The notes beneath the pieces are model-generated. The model worked only from the letters and a program-made list of their open reading frames with translations. It had not been told where the DNA came from and searched no databases. The position numbers and the translations under genes are program-made. Shown here one piece after another: positions 45,578 through 58,335 of a stretch of DNA of 64,000 nucleotides. Position 1 is the stretch's first letter, and every line of letters begins with the position of its first letter. The DNA is from Hydrolagus affinis (Eukaryota), in contig JAAILG010000281.1 of the NCBI GenBank assembly GCA_012026655.1, forward strand, positions 1 to 64,000, in the 5' to 3' direction.

Positions 45578-48500
45578 TCTCGTTTTATTGGCATCTTTCC
45601 CTCCCTCAACATGCACATGCATCAAACAATCTGGTTTTATAAACTTGACAGAAATCATGCTGAGACCGGAAAATTGTTACAAAATAGTAGGGATGTGTGT
45701 TGCATTTTAATTGAACTAACAGATCAAACTAAAGAGGTCTTAACATATCAATCTGCAAACTCCTCCATCAATACTTTTTCTAATTTTGTGACTGAGCTGG
45801 TTGTATCATCACTTTGCAAAACATCTTATTGACATGTTACAATTAGAGTTTGATTTAAGATTTCTGATGTCATATTGGAATCCACCTCAGTCACAGGAAG
45901 GAGGAAACTACTGTATATAAGTATCCCACTAAGGATATATTGGAACATTATTATTATGGGTTGATTGAAATAATACTTATAGACATGCAAGTGCTTAAAA
46001 AGGTTGTTGTTGATTGTATTCAGGTTTGGTTAAATAGTTGAGTAATTTTGAGAGTTTGTTTCAATTGAAACCTAACCATTACAAACATCTGTTTATCAAA
46101 TGTTAAATGGTTACATTAACAAGAGCTGCATAAAGCCTAGTTTGAGTGACCGGTTTTACTTAAGTCATGCTGAAAGCAATTTAATATCTGCATTGCAAAT
46201 CAGATATTTCCTTCCGTGACACAACCTATATGTAAACTTACCTCAGACACAATTATTATTTGAGAAACATTTTCTAGTTCCTACACCCACAATGTGACAC
46301 AGTAATGTGTGGATATTAGGACTGTAGATACTTTTGCATTCAGGCATTTGTCCCATTTTGTTTTCCTGAACATTTGTTCTGTTGTGTTTTAGGGAAAAAT
46401 TACCCACGAAAGTTCAATGCACAAACACCAAAGAGCAATTACCAGATACAGTTCTTCATGCTTTCCTTTTAATTGTTTCAGACCATAATTATATACTAAA
46501 GTGTGCAGTTTACTGATGTCATTTGTTTCACCACATATTAATTGGATACTATAGTGTGATAAATGTTGTTCAGTGCTCAAAATCCTTGCTGAAGCACGGT
46601 GTTGACAATATAATACAGTAGTAGAGTCTATAATTATGGTTGATCATGAAGTGCTTTGTTTTTAAAGCATTCAAGGTTTACATAAGTTACATTTGACCTT
46701 GCCAACAAGAAACCTTTTTATTTTGTAAAGTGCATTGCTATTGTGGCACTGGTATTATTCAGACCATGATATTGGATGCATAGCAATAGTAATTTATTAT
46801 TTGGAATGACATTTTTAAACTGAACATGAACACTGTACTAATATTTATTTTAGAATGTTAGTAGCAATCTGTTAAACCAAATTTCCTCTTTTCTCAAGAA
46901 ATATAGATGTAGATAAGGTGGAGGTGCAAGCCTTTATTTGAAATAACAAAGTCTATTAGCGACAAACATACATGTTGTGCTCTATGCTTTCAATATGAGC
47001 TGCAGATTGCGACTGTATATCGCATCCAAGCAGGTAATTAATAGTGGCATCAAAGATATGGTGGATTCATCAGCCAAACATCAGAAATATTCTGTTAAAT
47101 GGAAAGCAGATGCTTAACTCCTTAGCTAATCTCTCTATGAAATGTTTATATGAAAATGTTGTTGACTTGACAGAAAAGCAAAATTGAAAATGGGTCTAAA
47201 GAACATGATACCCTGTCAATGCTCTCATCCTCCTTTTCATTTTTGAGCTAAATATCAATAGTTACAACTGCAATGGTTGAAATTTCTTTCATATTCAGCA
47301 GGAGAGCAATGTTACAATAATTTGAAATTTACTCGGAACAGTCAAAAATTCTAGGCAAGATTACCCAACCTAACAATAGCATGGAAATGTCACCCAGTTT
47401 TAGCAAACACTAAAGATAATGCCGTTTGCAACGATAGTCTCAGCATCTGTAAATCTTTTGGGGGGCTCTGCAGAGCCGCGTTGTGGAGAGCAGTAATGGT
47501 AATGAAGATTGGCTACTCTTTTTCCAAAGTGCTTTCTTCACAATATCAGTGAGATGTGTTTTTTTTCCCCCCCGGCTGTTTATCCTCTGGAGCATTATGA
47601 TGGCAGCGCACAACAAGTGTAGCTAATGCTGAGGTCAGACCCAGTTTAAGTGTGGACAGGGACAGTGGAGCTGTGGAGATCTACAGTGGTATGTCAGCTT
47701 TGTATGGTTAAGCTTGCATTCAGGAGCATTGACATACAATGTGTTCCCACCCCCCACCCCACCCCTCCAACCGTTGTTATAATAAAATCTTTATTTGAGA
47801 ATCCTTTGCCCTGGAACTTTATCCTGAGATGATCTTTTTTAGAGATGCCAAAACTGGCAGGCGTTACAGTATCCTAGTTTTAACCTTAAGGAATTCATTG
47901 ACTAGACAGTAGCAAGTTAATAAAGCTTGGATAGTTTATGATCTGTTGTGTATTTCTGCTTAGTGAACTGGTAATTGTAAAACTTGAAGACATTATGTTC
48001 AGCTTTGTATGTGACATCTTTTCTGTTTTAACAGTTACAGCTCATTGACTACAATTATAAAGCTGCTGTGATTTATTAACATAAGTCTTTTTGGGGCAAT
48101 GATCCATTACTGTTAAGACATTACAATGCAAAGCTCTTTTTAGTACTAACTATAATAGTTCATGAACTAAAAAGGCATATGCTAAAAGATGAGCAGCTTT
48201 ATTAGACTAACGTATGTAAGTTCACTAGACTGTTAATTTTAAACTGAAGATACTATAAACAGCTGTGTATTTAATGTCTTTTTAATGTTACTAGTAAAAG
48301 TGTCACAATTATCATCAATCTTTTTCATCAATAAATTGTAATGCTCTGCTTCTGATGAGTAAAACTATAAAGAAAACAAACACTAGGAACATCCTAAGTT
48401 TTTTTTTGCATCTAGTTCTGTGTTAATTGCACATCACAACAAAATATCAGAGCAATGAAAAAATAAATCTTACAATGGTGCTGCGATACGCCTTGCGAGG

Positions 48501-49493
48501 CGTGCACAACGACTGGATAGTTCTCTTTCATATCTGCAACAACATGGGATAGTTTCAGACTTTGGGTAAGAACTTGCATGTATATAAATAGGTGTATAGG
48601 TAAAGTAATGGATGTGCTACAGGTATACAAGCAAATATAATGTCAGCCTAGCTCAGTTGCTAACTCTCTCGCTTCCAAAGGCTAAAACTGCATAGCTTGT
48701 CATTGAAAACACACTAGCAAGGCTTCTGTTGCTTCTCCAATCGGGACCATTCCTACCCATTAACTTTGACTTGAAGGATTAACAGGAGCTGAGTGGGAAG
48801 AAACCCTGCTCCGAGGACTTCAATGGAACATCTCTGTTGCAAACAATTAGATTTCTGAGAATCCATTTAATTGCTGTTAATGTTTGCCAATGACTTTCAT
48901 GCAATCAAACCCCTATTTTATTCTAAAGCAAAATTAGTGACATCTATATTTCTTTCATTCTGCAAAATAAAACCCTGAACCATTCTCAAGTGAAACTGTT
49001 GATTCAGTTTGGTAAAACCGAATTCAATTACATTCAATGCTTCTGTTGTTACCACACAGTCCTTAAGATAAGGACTGTATAATTTTTAATTAGTTCAGTA
49101 TATACATAAAATTAAGTATCTAGAGTACTAATACGTTGACCTAAGAGATCGATCATCCATCTTCATAAAAATTATGGCAGGGTCATTTGAGTACTTGCTT
49201 TATGACAGCAAATAAAATGTTGCTGCAATTAACTTCCATGCTATTTCTAATTTAGAAATGAAGAAAGACTGATTGGGTTCATAGGCACATGGGCAAGTGA
49301 AATGGTATTTAAAAATTAAGCTTTACTCACTGCTTGACAGCTGTACCATTTCATGAGACCACAAAACTTTTGAACATTATATGATAGTTTTTTAAAAAAA
49401 AGGCTGCAATGAATTGATAGTTACCAACTTTATTGAAACACAAATATATATTGTTTCAAAATGCCATTTTTAGGGCTTCAAACTATGAATCAA

Positions 49494-49625
49494 TCAACAA
49501 CAACAACAACTTTGATTTATATAGCGCCCTCTACGCCAGACAGCGTCTTAGAGAGCTTCACAATAAAGGATCCCGGGGGTGAGCCAGGAGCAGGGGGAGA
49601 AAGGTGACTGAAGTAAGGTTGATAA
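49494..49625 (-). mobile_element. L2 3' end (subfamily B)
   Basis: (CAA)nCTTTGATTTATATAGCGCCCTCTACGCCAGACAGCGTC..GAGCCAGG..AAGGTGAC, aligning to 30018. Confidence 0.8.
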
Positions 49626-49764
49626 TGTAGAATTCTACCTCCTACTTTTAATATTGATGTGCTTGTCAGGGCAAGTTTGTCATTTTCTTTTCAAAGTCCT
49701 GTCTATTTTTCATGAGAAATCCACCTACACCAGTATCATGGTGCCAAAGTTGATGTAGATGTAC

Positions 49765-49883
49765 ACATTTCACCCACAAAATATACAGTCAATATACTTT
49801 ACATGATATTCTGTGAAGCGCTTTGAGACATCTCAACAATGTGATAAAGCGCTATATCAAATGCAAGGATTATTATTATTATT
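49765..49883 (+). mobile_element. Young DeuSINE 3' end
   Basis: CACCCACAAAATATACAGTC..GTGAAGCGCTTTGAGAC..GCGCTATATCAAATGCAAGG(ATT)n. Confidence 0.88.
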
Positions 49884-50020
49884 GATGTTTTTTGACAGAC
49901 ATTTCACCTTTTAATAACTGATTCAGGTAGCATTACAATATCATAAAATTAATAATATTAAGCTTGGTAGGGAGCATTATTCACAAATAGGAAACATCAC
50001 AGCTGAATATCACTACTGCT

Positions 50021-50210
50021 CATAATCCCTCAAAAAAATTTTGTCACTTCAATCCACGCCTGTTTGTGGGACACTGCTGTGTGCAATCGGCTGCTGCGTT
50101 TTGCTCACAAATATACAGTCAATTCACTTTACAGGATATTCTGTAAGTGCTTTGAGATGTCTAGAAGACGTGAAAAAGCACTGAATCAAATGCAAGGATT
50201 ATTATTATTA
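50021..50210 (+). mobile_element. Young DeuSINE, 5'-truncated
   Basis: Core and tail match 33600-33919. Confidence 0.9.
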
Positions 50211-50286
50211 TCCCAAAACACAAAGTGGCTCTCAACATTACAATACCTGATGTTCAGCCTCAAAAAGTCAAACTTGATGACAGTGC

Positions 50287-50345
50287 AATAATAGCAATAC
50301 TCCTTACATTTGTGTAAGTGCCTTATCACATCCTCTAAATATCTA
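50287..50345 (-). mobile_element. DeuSINE tail, decayed
   Basis: AATAATAG..TCCTTACATTTG..GTGCCTTATCACATCCTCTA. Confidence 0.55.
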
Positions 50346-53300
50346 AAAATGTGAGGATTATCGATTTGTACGGGCAAGAGTAATTTAACCATTTAGCTGT
50401 AAAGTTTCTTATTTATAAAAAGTGGGCTATTAAGTTCATGGATTTCTTGATGGGTTGACTAATGTGTACCTCTGTGTTTTCATTAATTTATAAAGTGAAG
50501 CAACCCAACAAAGAAATGGTAGAATTCAGCTACTAAAGGCTGATGGACTTTTGATGTCCATACATTTTGATGCCTTTTTAAACCCATGTTACCTGGTGAG
50601 TAGTATAACATTAAACTCCTATAAGCCTAAATGCCCCCAAACATATATACCAAAGTGTATTAATATTTTTAATATATTTAATACTGATCCGAACTGAAAA
50701 TACATACTGGGGCTGTCATATGTAACCTCATTCAGATAAGAAGAGCGTTCCGTGTGTCAATGAAACATGAGCCATATTCTATTTCACCAAAGAGAAATGT
50801 GCAGAACATGTGTTTTCTAAAATAAATGCATTGTGTACCAAGTGCTCTACAAGCAAGTTCTTTTTATTAACAGTCTCATGGGAAGTTCTAATATCCACTG
50901 CCTGTTAGTCCAGGAAGTAGGAAATTCATGAGTGGGTATAAGCTTTCCTATGTTCAACAGAAACGGGCTGGAGCTCAGTGATACTCAATATGCACTTGGT
51001 TCTCTCCTGTTGAGTTTATTGCTCAATGTCCCAGATATGGATACTTGTATCTTTGATAAAAAGTGAAATTTTAGTAATTGACAGGAACTTAGTCCGTCGT
51101 CTTCTCCGGGAACAGAGAAAAGATATTTTAACAATTGTGCTTTTCAGAATTTATTCCTTTGCACTTCCTCAGACCTCTGAGTTCAAAAAGACCATTCTTA
51201 CACCCAACTGTTTCAGTAAAATAATATATTTTTCTTCATATTATTGGCAAAACACCATTCATCCAAATATGTCCGGTATCTTTTCGTTTACAGAGTGAAC
51301 ACTTTTCGACTAACCATCTCGAAATACATTTCTTTTTTTAAAAAAATTTAATTATTTGCAAAATGGTGCTGTAAATAAAATGATATTGTAACATAGCCAC
51401 ATTGCAAATATTCAAGCAAGCTGTGCATTATATAAGTTAGAATCATTAGTATGTTCATCCATACTTTCATACTCAGAATTACTTTCTCCAGAAAATATTA
51501 TGTGAAGAGAAATCTGATCACAAAGTCTTGGCTGTTTTTATTTTGTTGCATTTTCATAAAGTATTTACCAAAGAATCATTTTTAAAAGCAGGTTTAATAG
51601 TACTGGAGATGCCATTTCTATATGTTGTTCTCTGTTGCTAAACTGTTTGCTATCAAGTGAAAATTAAGCATTAATATTTTTTCTTAGGGCATAAGTCATT
51701 CCAAACCGTCTAATTGAAACTGGAGTATCATTTTCCTTAATGCTGCCAGAGAACCTAGGGCCAGACATTCCTCTCCATTAATGTCAGCAAAAATACCAAC
51801 CTGCATAAACAGGATTTGCATATTGGGTATTTATATAAAATTAGTTGTTTAGCACAACCGCTGAATATTCCCGCCGGCCCAAAGAACACAGCAAAAGTGT
51901 TTGCCAAAAAGAAACACAATTGAGTTTAAGCTAAGATTATAGAAAAACATGTGTAACATTTCTGATGCTGAGATGACATATGTTAAGGTAACATTTCACC
52001 TGAGGTCAGAATGTGAAGACGCCAAACTTGCAATGTAGTGCTATGCGAACATAGAGCACAATATTTTCTGCTCAGAGCATATTTAGGGTATTTTCAAGTG
52101 GAAAAGGAGAAGAGGGAGTTTGATTGAGTGTGAAAGACTTTGGAAGCTCTCAAGAAGGTCTATATACAACAGGAAGAGCTTTCCTAACACTGTCTGATGT
52201 GTGATATTCTGTAATTGAAGATGTGTATTGGTGAGTTACAAACTAGTGTTTGGAATTCCATTTGGGGCTAAAAGTTAGAATTTAAGTTGTACTTCACAAG
52301 CACAATAATCAGATCTGCCTCAGGGAGACAACATTTCATCTCTCCCCCACCACACCTCAAATTATTCATTATTATTAATGAGCCAGTGAGAGTTTGCTGT
52401 CCAATTTGAGGACTCTTAATTTCATCTAGCAAAGCTAGATGAAGCCCACACCCCCCGCCCCGCCCCCCGACCACCCCCCCAAAAAACACACCAATTCTGA
52501 CCAAGTAAGTACATTACTGATCTTTTAACATAAATGCTATAAACCTATTTGAATATGACTGATGTAGTAATATAATTCTTGAGTCCACAAACTACATTGT
52601 ACAAATGGATTGGTTAAAAAATAAGGGAATTGATAAAAACAGAATATTAATGAAAAATCTACAACCACTATGTGTTTGCATGCAATCAATAATGTTGTGA
52701 TTTGATTCAACTAAATATTGTATCAATCTATCACTTTCAGAAGCAAACCTTCAATAACTTCATTCTGGTTGAAACCTTTGGCTCCAGCCAATCTGTCATG
52801 TTTTTGGTCCAGGTAGGGAAAGTTAAAAACCTAAAGTTAGAAAACGAAATCTCAAGACTGCTGTATATTCCTATCCCCCAAATAAAAAAGTTTTATTTTA
52901 AAAATAAGTCAATATTTATTTGATTTCATAGTTGTATGAGAAGTACATTCTGGCTCTAAATATTTTAATAAATTACATAAGTTTTGTGATATATATTCTT
53001 AGTGGTATACTTAATGGATGTTTTGTTTATAAAATTTTCATATAAACTAATAACAAGCGGATTGGAATCATTATTTGGAAATTTTGTTAGTCACAGTTGG
53101 TTTATATGAAATCTTTCAATCCATTACAGAGTCATTTTCAAACTGTTTGGGGTCCATTATATTGTTTTGAATCACACATTTTCTTCCAGTTTATATTTAA
53201 AAAATCTCAGACTATAGAATAAAGTGGTGAAACTTACTCCAAAGGCCTTAAATTCAACACCAGAACATCTGCAATTGTAGTTTTCTCCTTGGGAATAAAC

Positions 53301-53654
53301 ATTTCCAAATCACTGCCTGTGAGGCTTGATTTGTATCAAGGTCAGAAGAAGCAAACATCAAAGAACATTATTAGATTATTTCCAGTTATTCCGATTGCTT
53401 TATTGTTAAGATGTGCTGTTGAGCAATACTGACATAACCACTGTCTAAAACAGGTTCCTTTCTTCTGGGCAGTCAACTCAACTGGAAAGCAATCATTTTA
53501 TCCCAATGGATTAAATCAAAACATTGCCCAGGATATTCTTACTTTATGGCACAATGGGAGGTGGTTAATATTGTCATTCAGTTTATCTGATGATGCTAGT
53601 GACACCTGATTTATCTAAACCCTCACTAATGTTCTCTCTAAGGTAATAGCACTT

Positions 53655-54030
53655 ATTCTGGTACAATTAAAAATGCACAAGAATTTGCAGTGAATAACAT
53701 ATGCCTTTCCTTCAAAATCTTAACAAAAGGTCTTAGTGATAGGTCTAGGGAATTTGTATACCAGTTATGTGGATGGATTATCCTGATGCTCGTTTTATGC
53801 ATTGATCTCAAGTGAAGGCTCCAAAGATGGGTGCTCATGTTTTCACTCTTTCCTGTTCATTCCCTTTACATGATTCTCCCACTTCACTAGATTCACTTGA
53901 TGAATTCCTAGAAGTTCAGTGGTAGCTGGACCATTGAGTTTAACAAACCTTGCTAAGAAGTCAATTCCTTTCTTTTCTGAGGAAAGATATTCTAAAGTGA
54001 ATGCATGTCTCGATATGCTATGCTGACTGC
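53655..54030 (-). mobile_element. Ancient non-LTR RT C-terminal fossil (Rex/Crack-like, clade uncertain)
   Basis: IDFLAR..LNG..ELLGIHQVNLVKWENHV, then LWS..LRSMHKTSIRIIHP..YTNSLDLS..LKERH. This parallels IDF.R..ING..KLLGV.I...L.W..HV ... VW..LE.IQKRALRII.P..Y..AL.L..L.ERR. Confidence 0.45.
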
Positions 54031-54534
54031 CCATCTATAACGTGGTCCATCGACCACAAGTTGAGATGTTCACTTTGTTTTTGTAAAAGATACTATTTCA
54101 AGTTTGCAAAACATTAGCTCACAACTATCACATCCAGTTTGAACGTGAAGCAGTAAAGTATCTTTAAAATGTGTTGTATCTGGTGACAGAGGAATTCTTG
54201 CCACTCTAATTAAAATGTGGTTTGTGTCTGTCAATTAACAGCCATTGTTTTAAGAAATAGAGTAATATCTTCATGACCATGTCAGTCCCAAGATTCTTTT
54301 TGTTACTGATAATACTATATGGGTGCAAAACATGACATGTGATGTGATAATTATCACATGAAATAATTTCATTAATCATCTTTTCAGAAAACTTGCATTG
54401 AAATACCAGGCTCACTGGGTGTTATGTTCATTGGCTTTGGACACAATCATTTTGAAGTTGTGGAGGAGCAGGAAATTGTTTGACCTGAGACAGCTATAGG
54501 AGCAGAATATTTGACAATATGATTCAATCAATCA

Positions 54535-54593
54535 AAAAATCAAAATTACATTTATATAGCGCTTTTCACTTTGTGAGGATGTCCAAAGGCGCT
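54535..54593 (-). mobile_element. L2 3' tail
   Basis: CAAAATTACATTTATATAGCGCTTTTCAC..GAGGATGTCCAAAGGCGC. Confidence 0.8.
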
Positions 54594-55664
54594 GGTTTTG
54601 TAACACTATTGATAATTATCACAAGTGAATGTTAGGGTTTCACCCCTATTTGAGTGACACACCTTTGCGTTTTGTGACTTAGATTAAGCATTCATTTTCA
54701 AGACTGAAGGAAAATTTAAGATTTAACATGTAATGATTAGAAGAATCGTACTTCCCCAATTTAAGTGGTCATCTTCACCTATTTGTCCTATTATTTTGGA
54801 TGCGGAATACTAATCAGTAGGTGTGTTATAACATTTTCCTTGTTGGCTGTGTCTTCTGAAAATAATGTACTGTATGTTGTATTTGCATACAAACTCCTTC
54901 GCTTTACCCTGAGCCACATTTTTCTGTGCATGGAGAAGAAAAAAGTTAAAAGTCTTGGAGAAAAAGTCTGGCCTTATCACAGGCTTGGGGGGTACACACT
55001 GTCGTTTTACTCAAATACCAACGCAGACTTCCCAGTGCTGTTGGGGACTGGGGTGTTGTGGGGGGGAAGAATAAATGGCTCAAGCTGTTACTAATGGAAA
55101 CCCTCTGTGTGTTAACTGTAACAGATGGAAAATCTTTTAGTGTTGAGGAAAATTTCAGCCTGAAGGATGCGATACCTCTGTACATCAGTATCTCTCCTTT
55201 AGATGTGGAGAACTTTCTGCCGACTTGTAAAGTTCGTTATTGAACTGGTGGGACATTCATTGAGTTGTCTCATGATTATGAGGGCAGTTAGATATCTGGG
55301 CGTAATATTCCATTAGGCCCTGACAATTCTTGTAGAGTCATTTCCAGAGTAGTGCAAATACAGTACTATACTTGGGTAAGACAATCAGGAGGAGTGGGAG
55401 GCTAGTAGGTGGTGACCTCCCAAGCTAAAGCCACCAAGACCCTAAGAACATTAGAACCTGAAAGACTTGTAAAGCAGTATTAAGATACAAGCTTATTAAT
55501 GGTGTATATAATGGTATCCTATCGAAGCGGCAGAGGACATTAACTGAATATCACCATAGTTAAAAGAGCTAAATTTTGAGAAGATGACAACCATTAAGTA
55601 TCCAATATTTTAGATGCATAGATTCTCATTATAAATGTTTTAACACAGTATTTGATCTATAACA

Positions 55665-56025
55665 TCAACATCTCAAAAGTGTTTCACAGGGTTTACTTTT
55701 AAGAGCAATGGCTACATATTTGTGGGGAAATACTGCAGCCTTTTTGCTTATACCAAGTATCACACACACATTAATGAGATGAATGATCAATTTATTTGGC
55801 GGACTGTAGACCAGGGTACTGGGAGAAAATCCTTCCTTTTTTTTTAGTGGCAACCTGGACAATAGTTCAAGTTCCAATAAGAGGCTTGATTCAATAGCCA
55901 GAGAACTACAAATTGTATCAGGCTGACACGCAGAGTCATATCTCCTCTTACAGTGATAGCACATCATTGCTTTATACCAGCTAGAAAGTCAGCACTGCAG
56001 TTATCTCAAATCTCTGCAATGCAGT
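55665..56025 (-). mobile_element. Ancient long DeuSINE, very decayed
   Basis: ATCTCAAAAGTGTTTCACAG..GGGGAAATACTGCAGCC..AATGAGATGAATGATCA..CCAGGGTACTGGGAGAAAATCC. Confidence 0.55.
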
Positions 56026-56405
56026 ATACAAAACGATACAGTATATGCATTTGTATTGATCATCTGCCATCTGCTCTCTTCACAGAACAGGAACCAAAAG
56101 GAGTCTCTTATTTAGAGCGGTAGACCCATACACGCGAGCACAAAGCATCACTAAGCCACTGTGAAGCCAGCATCAGCCCCAAATTATCCATTACGGTAGT
56201 CCTAGGTAATTTGAGGAAGCACAAGATGAGTTACCAATCACTGGCAAAGGACTCCAAATGGGAAGACAGACCTAAAGGTGCATGCTTTTAAAAGCGTAGT
56301 GCATGAGAAAGGTACTGGAGAGTGGATTGTATGCATTCAATCTACTGTACATTGGAATTTTCTGCAACACACAGGTTTGGCCAACGTCCATGAGTCTTCC
56401 TGCGA

Positions 56406-56732
56406 CATAGGAACAGGAATAGACCAATCAGCCCCTCAAGCCTGTTCCTCCACTCTATTAGGTCATCGCTGATCTGCATCTCAACTCCAAAAAGCTGCCT
56501 TTATCCTACATACCTTGATAACAAGACCTAACAAAAATCTATCCACCTCACTCTTGAAAATTTGAATGGATCCTGCATCCACAGCCATTTCGGGGAGAGA
56601 CTTCCAGATTTCCACTATCCTTTGTGTGGGAAAAAATGTTTCCTGATTTCGCTCCTCAATGGCCTAGCTCTAATTTTAAGATTATGCCCCCGTGTTCCGG
56701 AATCCCCCAACAAAATAGATAGTTTCTCTATT
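56406..56732 (-). mobile_element. CR1 (HER1-like) LINE 3' end
   Basis: Minus strand GHNLKIRARPLRSEIRKHFF/TQRIVEIWKSLPEMAVDAGSIQIFKSEVDRFL, then tail GATCAGCGATGACC..GAGGGGCTGATTGGTCTATTCCTGTTCCTATG. Confidence 0.93.
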
Positions 56733-56919
56733 TAATTGTTTGATTAAAAGAACTGTTTTTTTTTCATTTAGACCATCCTAGATTTTAAAGGCACTGGGCA
56801 CTTTCACTTCTTGACAAATGCAAAATTTTAGCCAGAAACTAAAGGAGGCTAATTAGTAGATGTTGAGCAAGTTCTTAGTGTTAATTTCCAATTTGAATTC
56901 TGCAGTCCGTTTAATGTAC

Positions 56920-57200
56920 CTTTTGCAATCTGAGGAATTTTGCGACCCTCATTTCTTAAAGCAGGAGAGGATCTGCCCAACAAACAAAAGGGTCTTTGCA
57001 CGTAATTAAAAATTCTCACACCCTGCTTAATAATGAGTGGCAGCTTCTTGCAGCAACAACAGAAATTGCAGCTGGTGACATGGGCCCTCAGTATTTTTTT
57101 TCAGTGTAGCTTCCCACAGGCCTGAATGATCTCCAGTAAACCTTGTTAATTAGAGCAGTGTAACTTCCCCAATAATTATTTTAAATAGTCCCTATCCCAT
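56920..57200. promoter_or_regulatory. Candidate conserved non-coding element
   Basis: Repeat-free with several TAATTA homeodomain sites, a CAGCTG E-box and ACAAACA (Fox-like). Conservation not tested. Confidence 0.3.
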
Positions 57201-57899
57201 ATTAGTTACAAATTTATCATTAAAATCTCTAAGCTAAACACTTCACCTGGAGAAGAGAGACTGTTGAAGTTTTCAAAGGTCATGCAGATCTTTCGAGAAT
57301 TATTTTGAATAATAGCCTGTAAAAAGCATCATTACATTTTCTACATATTAATGATTAACACTCTGAATGTAGCTGTTGCGTTTTAACACAAAATATAGGT
57401 GTGAATATTGTATTTATTGCATTAAACTGGCATTACCAGCACTCTGTGTTTGTTTTCATATTATATATTGATAGAATTTAAAATGACCCTCTCAAATGGC
57501 TCTCTGCACCATTTGCAAAAAGCATTGCCTAAAGGCGAGGATTTTATATTCACATTTACATTACGAGCCAGAGGCAAAACAAAATGCACAAAAACAGGAG
57601 AGCAAAAAAACATTAGTCATTTCACTGGTTAAAATATGCACAGCACTGGGTAGCAAGGCTGACCATAATTTTGTATTCGATTTTAATGCAGCCTTGTACT
57701 CCACTGAGATTTCAGTAACTGACAGCATCTTTTTCATTGCCCCAAGCCCCCCAACCTCTTGCATGTATTTGACCTTGGGCATTATTATGTTGCTCCCGTG
57801 TGTGCTTTGGTGTGAAGCGAAACCATTTGCATGTCCTATTCATTCCTTCCAATCAAACTAGCTCAAATGCTGAGCTATAACTGAAAAAAAAATTCAATG

Positions 57900-58335
57900 C
57901 TTCTCGTGATGGATGAGATCCTATTAGCTGCCTTAACCCATTCTGGCAGTCTCCCTTTTTTTCTTGTGGACGCTTTGCTGCTGAGTTGTGAGAGCGCATA
58001 AATTCCAGGCCTTTACTTGGCTTGCCAAAGTAAGGTCAGGTTCACAAGGAGCTGTCCGCTGGTTGCAGCAAACACCACCATGTGTTTAGTGCTTGATGAA
58101 TTAAAAGGATGCTGCCAACTTAATTACACTGTAACCCTTCTATAAAGGAAGGGCAGAGCTGATTAACCAGAGAATAATTGGAGACTGATTGATGGCTCTC
58201 TCCCTCAGTGCTAAAGGCTGTATATCTAATTATTCCGCCCCAAGCCTAATTTTTCGTCACCACTGCTGGCACGTTTGTCATCAGCGATAATATATGCTCT
58301 CAGCATTAAAGTGTTATGGATTGAGCCCGAGGTTA
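57900..58335. promoter_or_regulatory. Candidate developmental enhancer or CNE
   Basis: Higher GC and CpG than background, repeat-free. Contains Pbx-Hox TGATTGATGG and TGATGAAT, several TAATT sites and TTGTCA. Conservation not tested. Confidence 0.4.

Noticed and set aside
51757-51880. GGGCC...GGCCC-bounded possible Harbinger MITE
   Set aside because: The TIR match is too short and there is no matching 3-bp TSD.
57496-57861. 121-aa ATG ORF
   Set aside because: No recognisable domain or convincing splice context. The length is compatible with chance.
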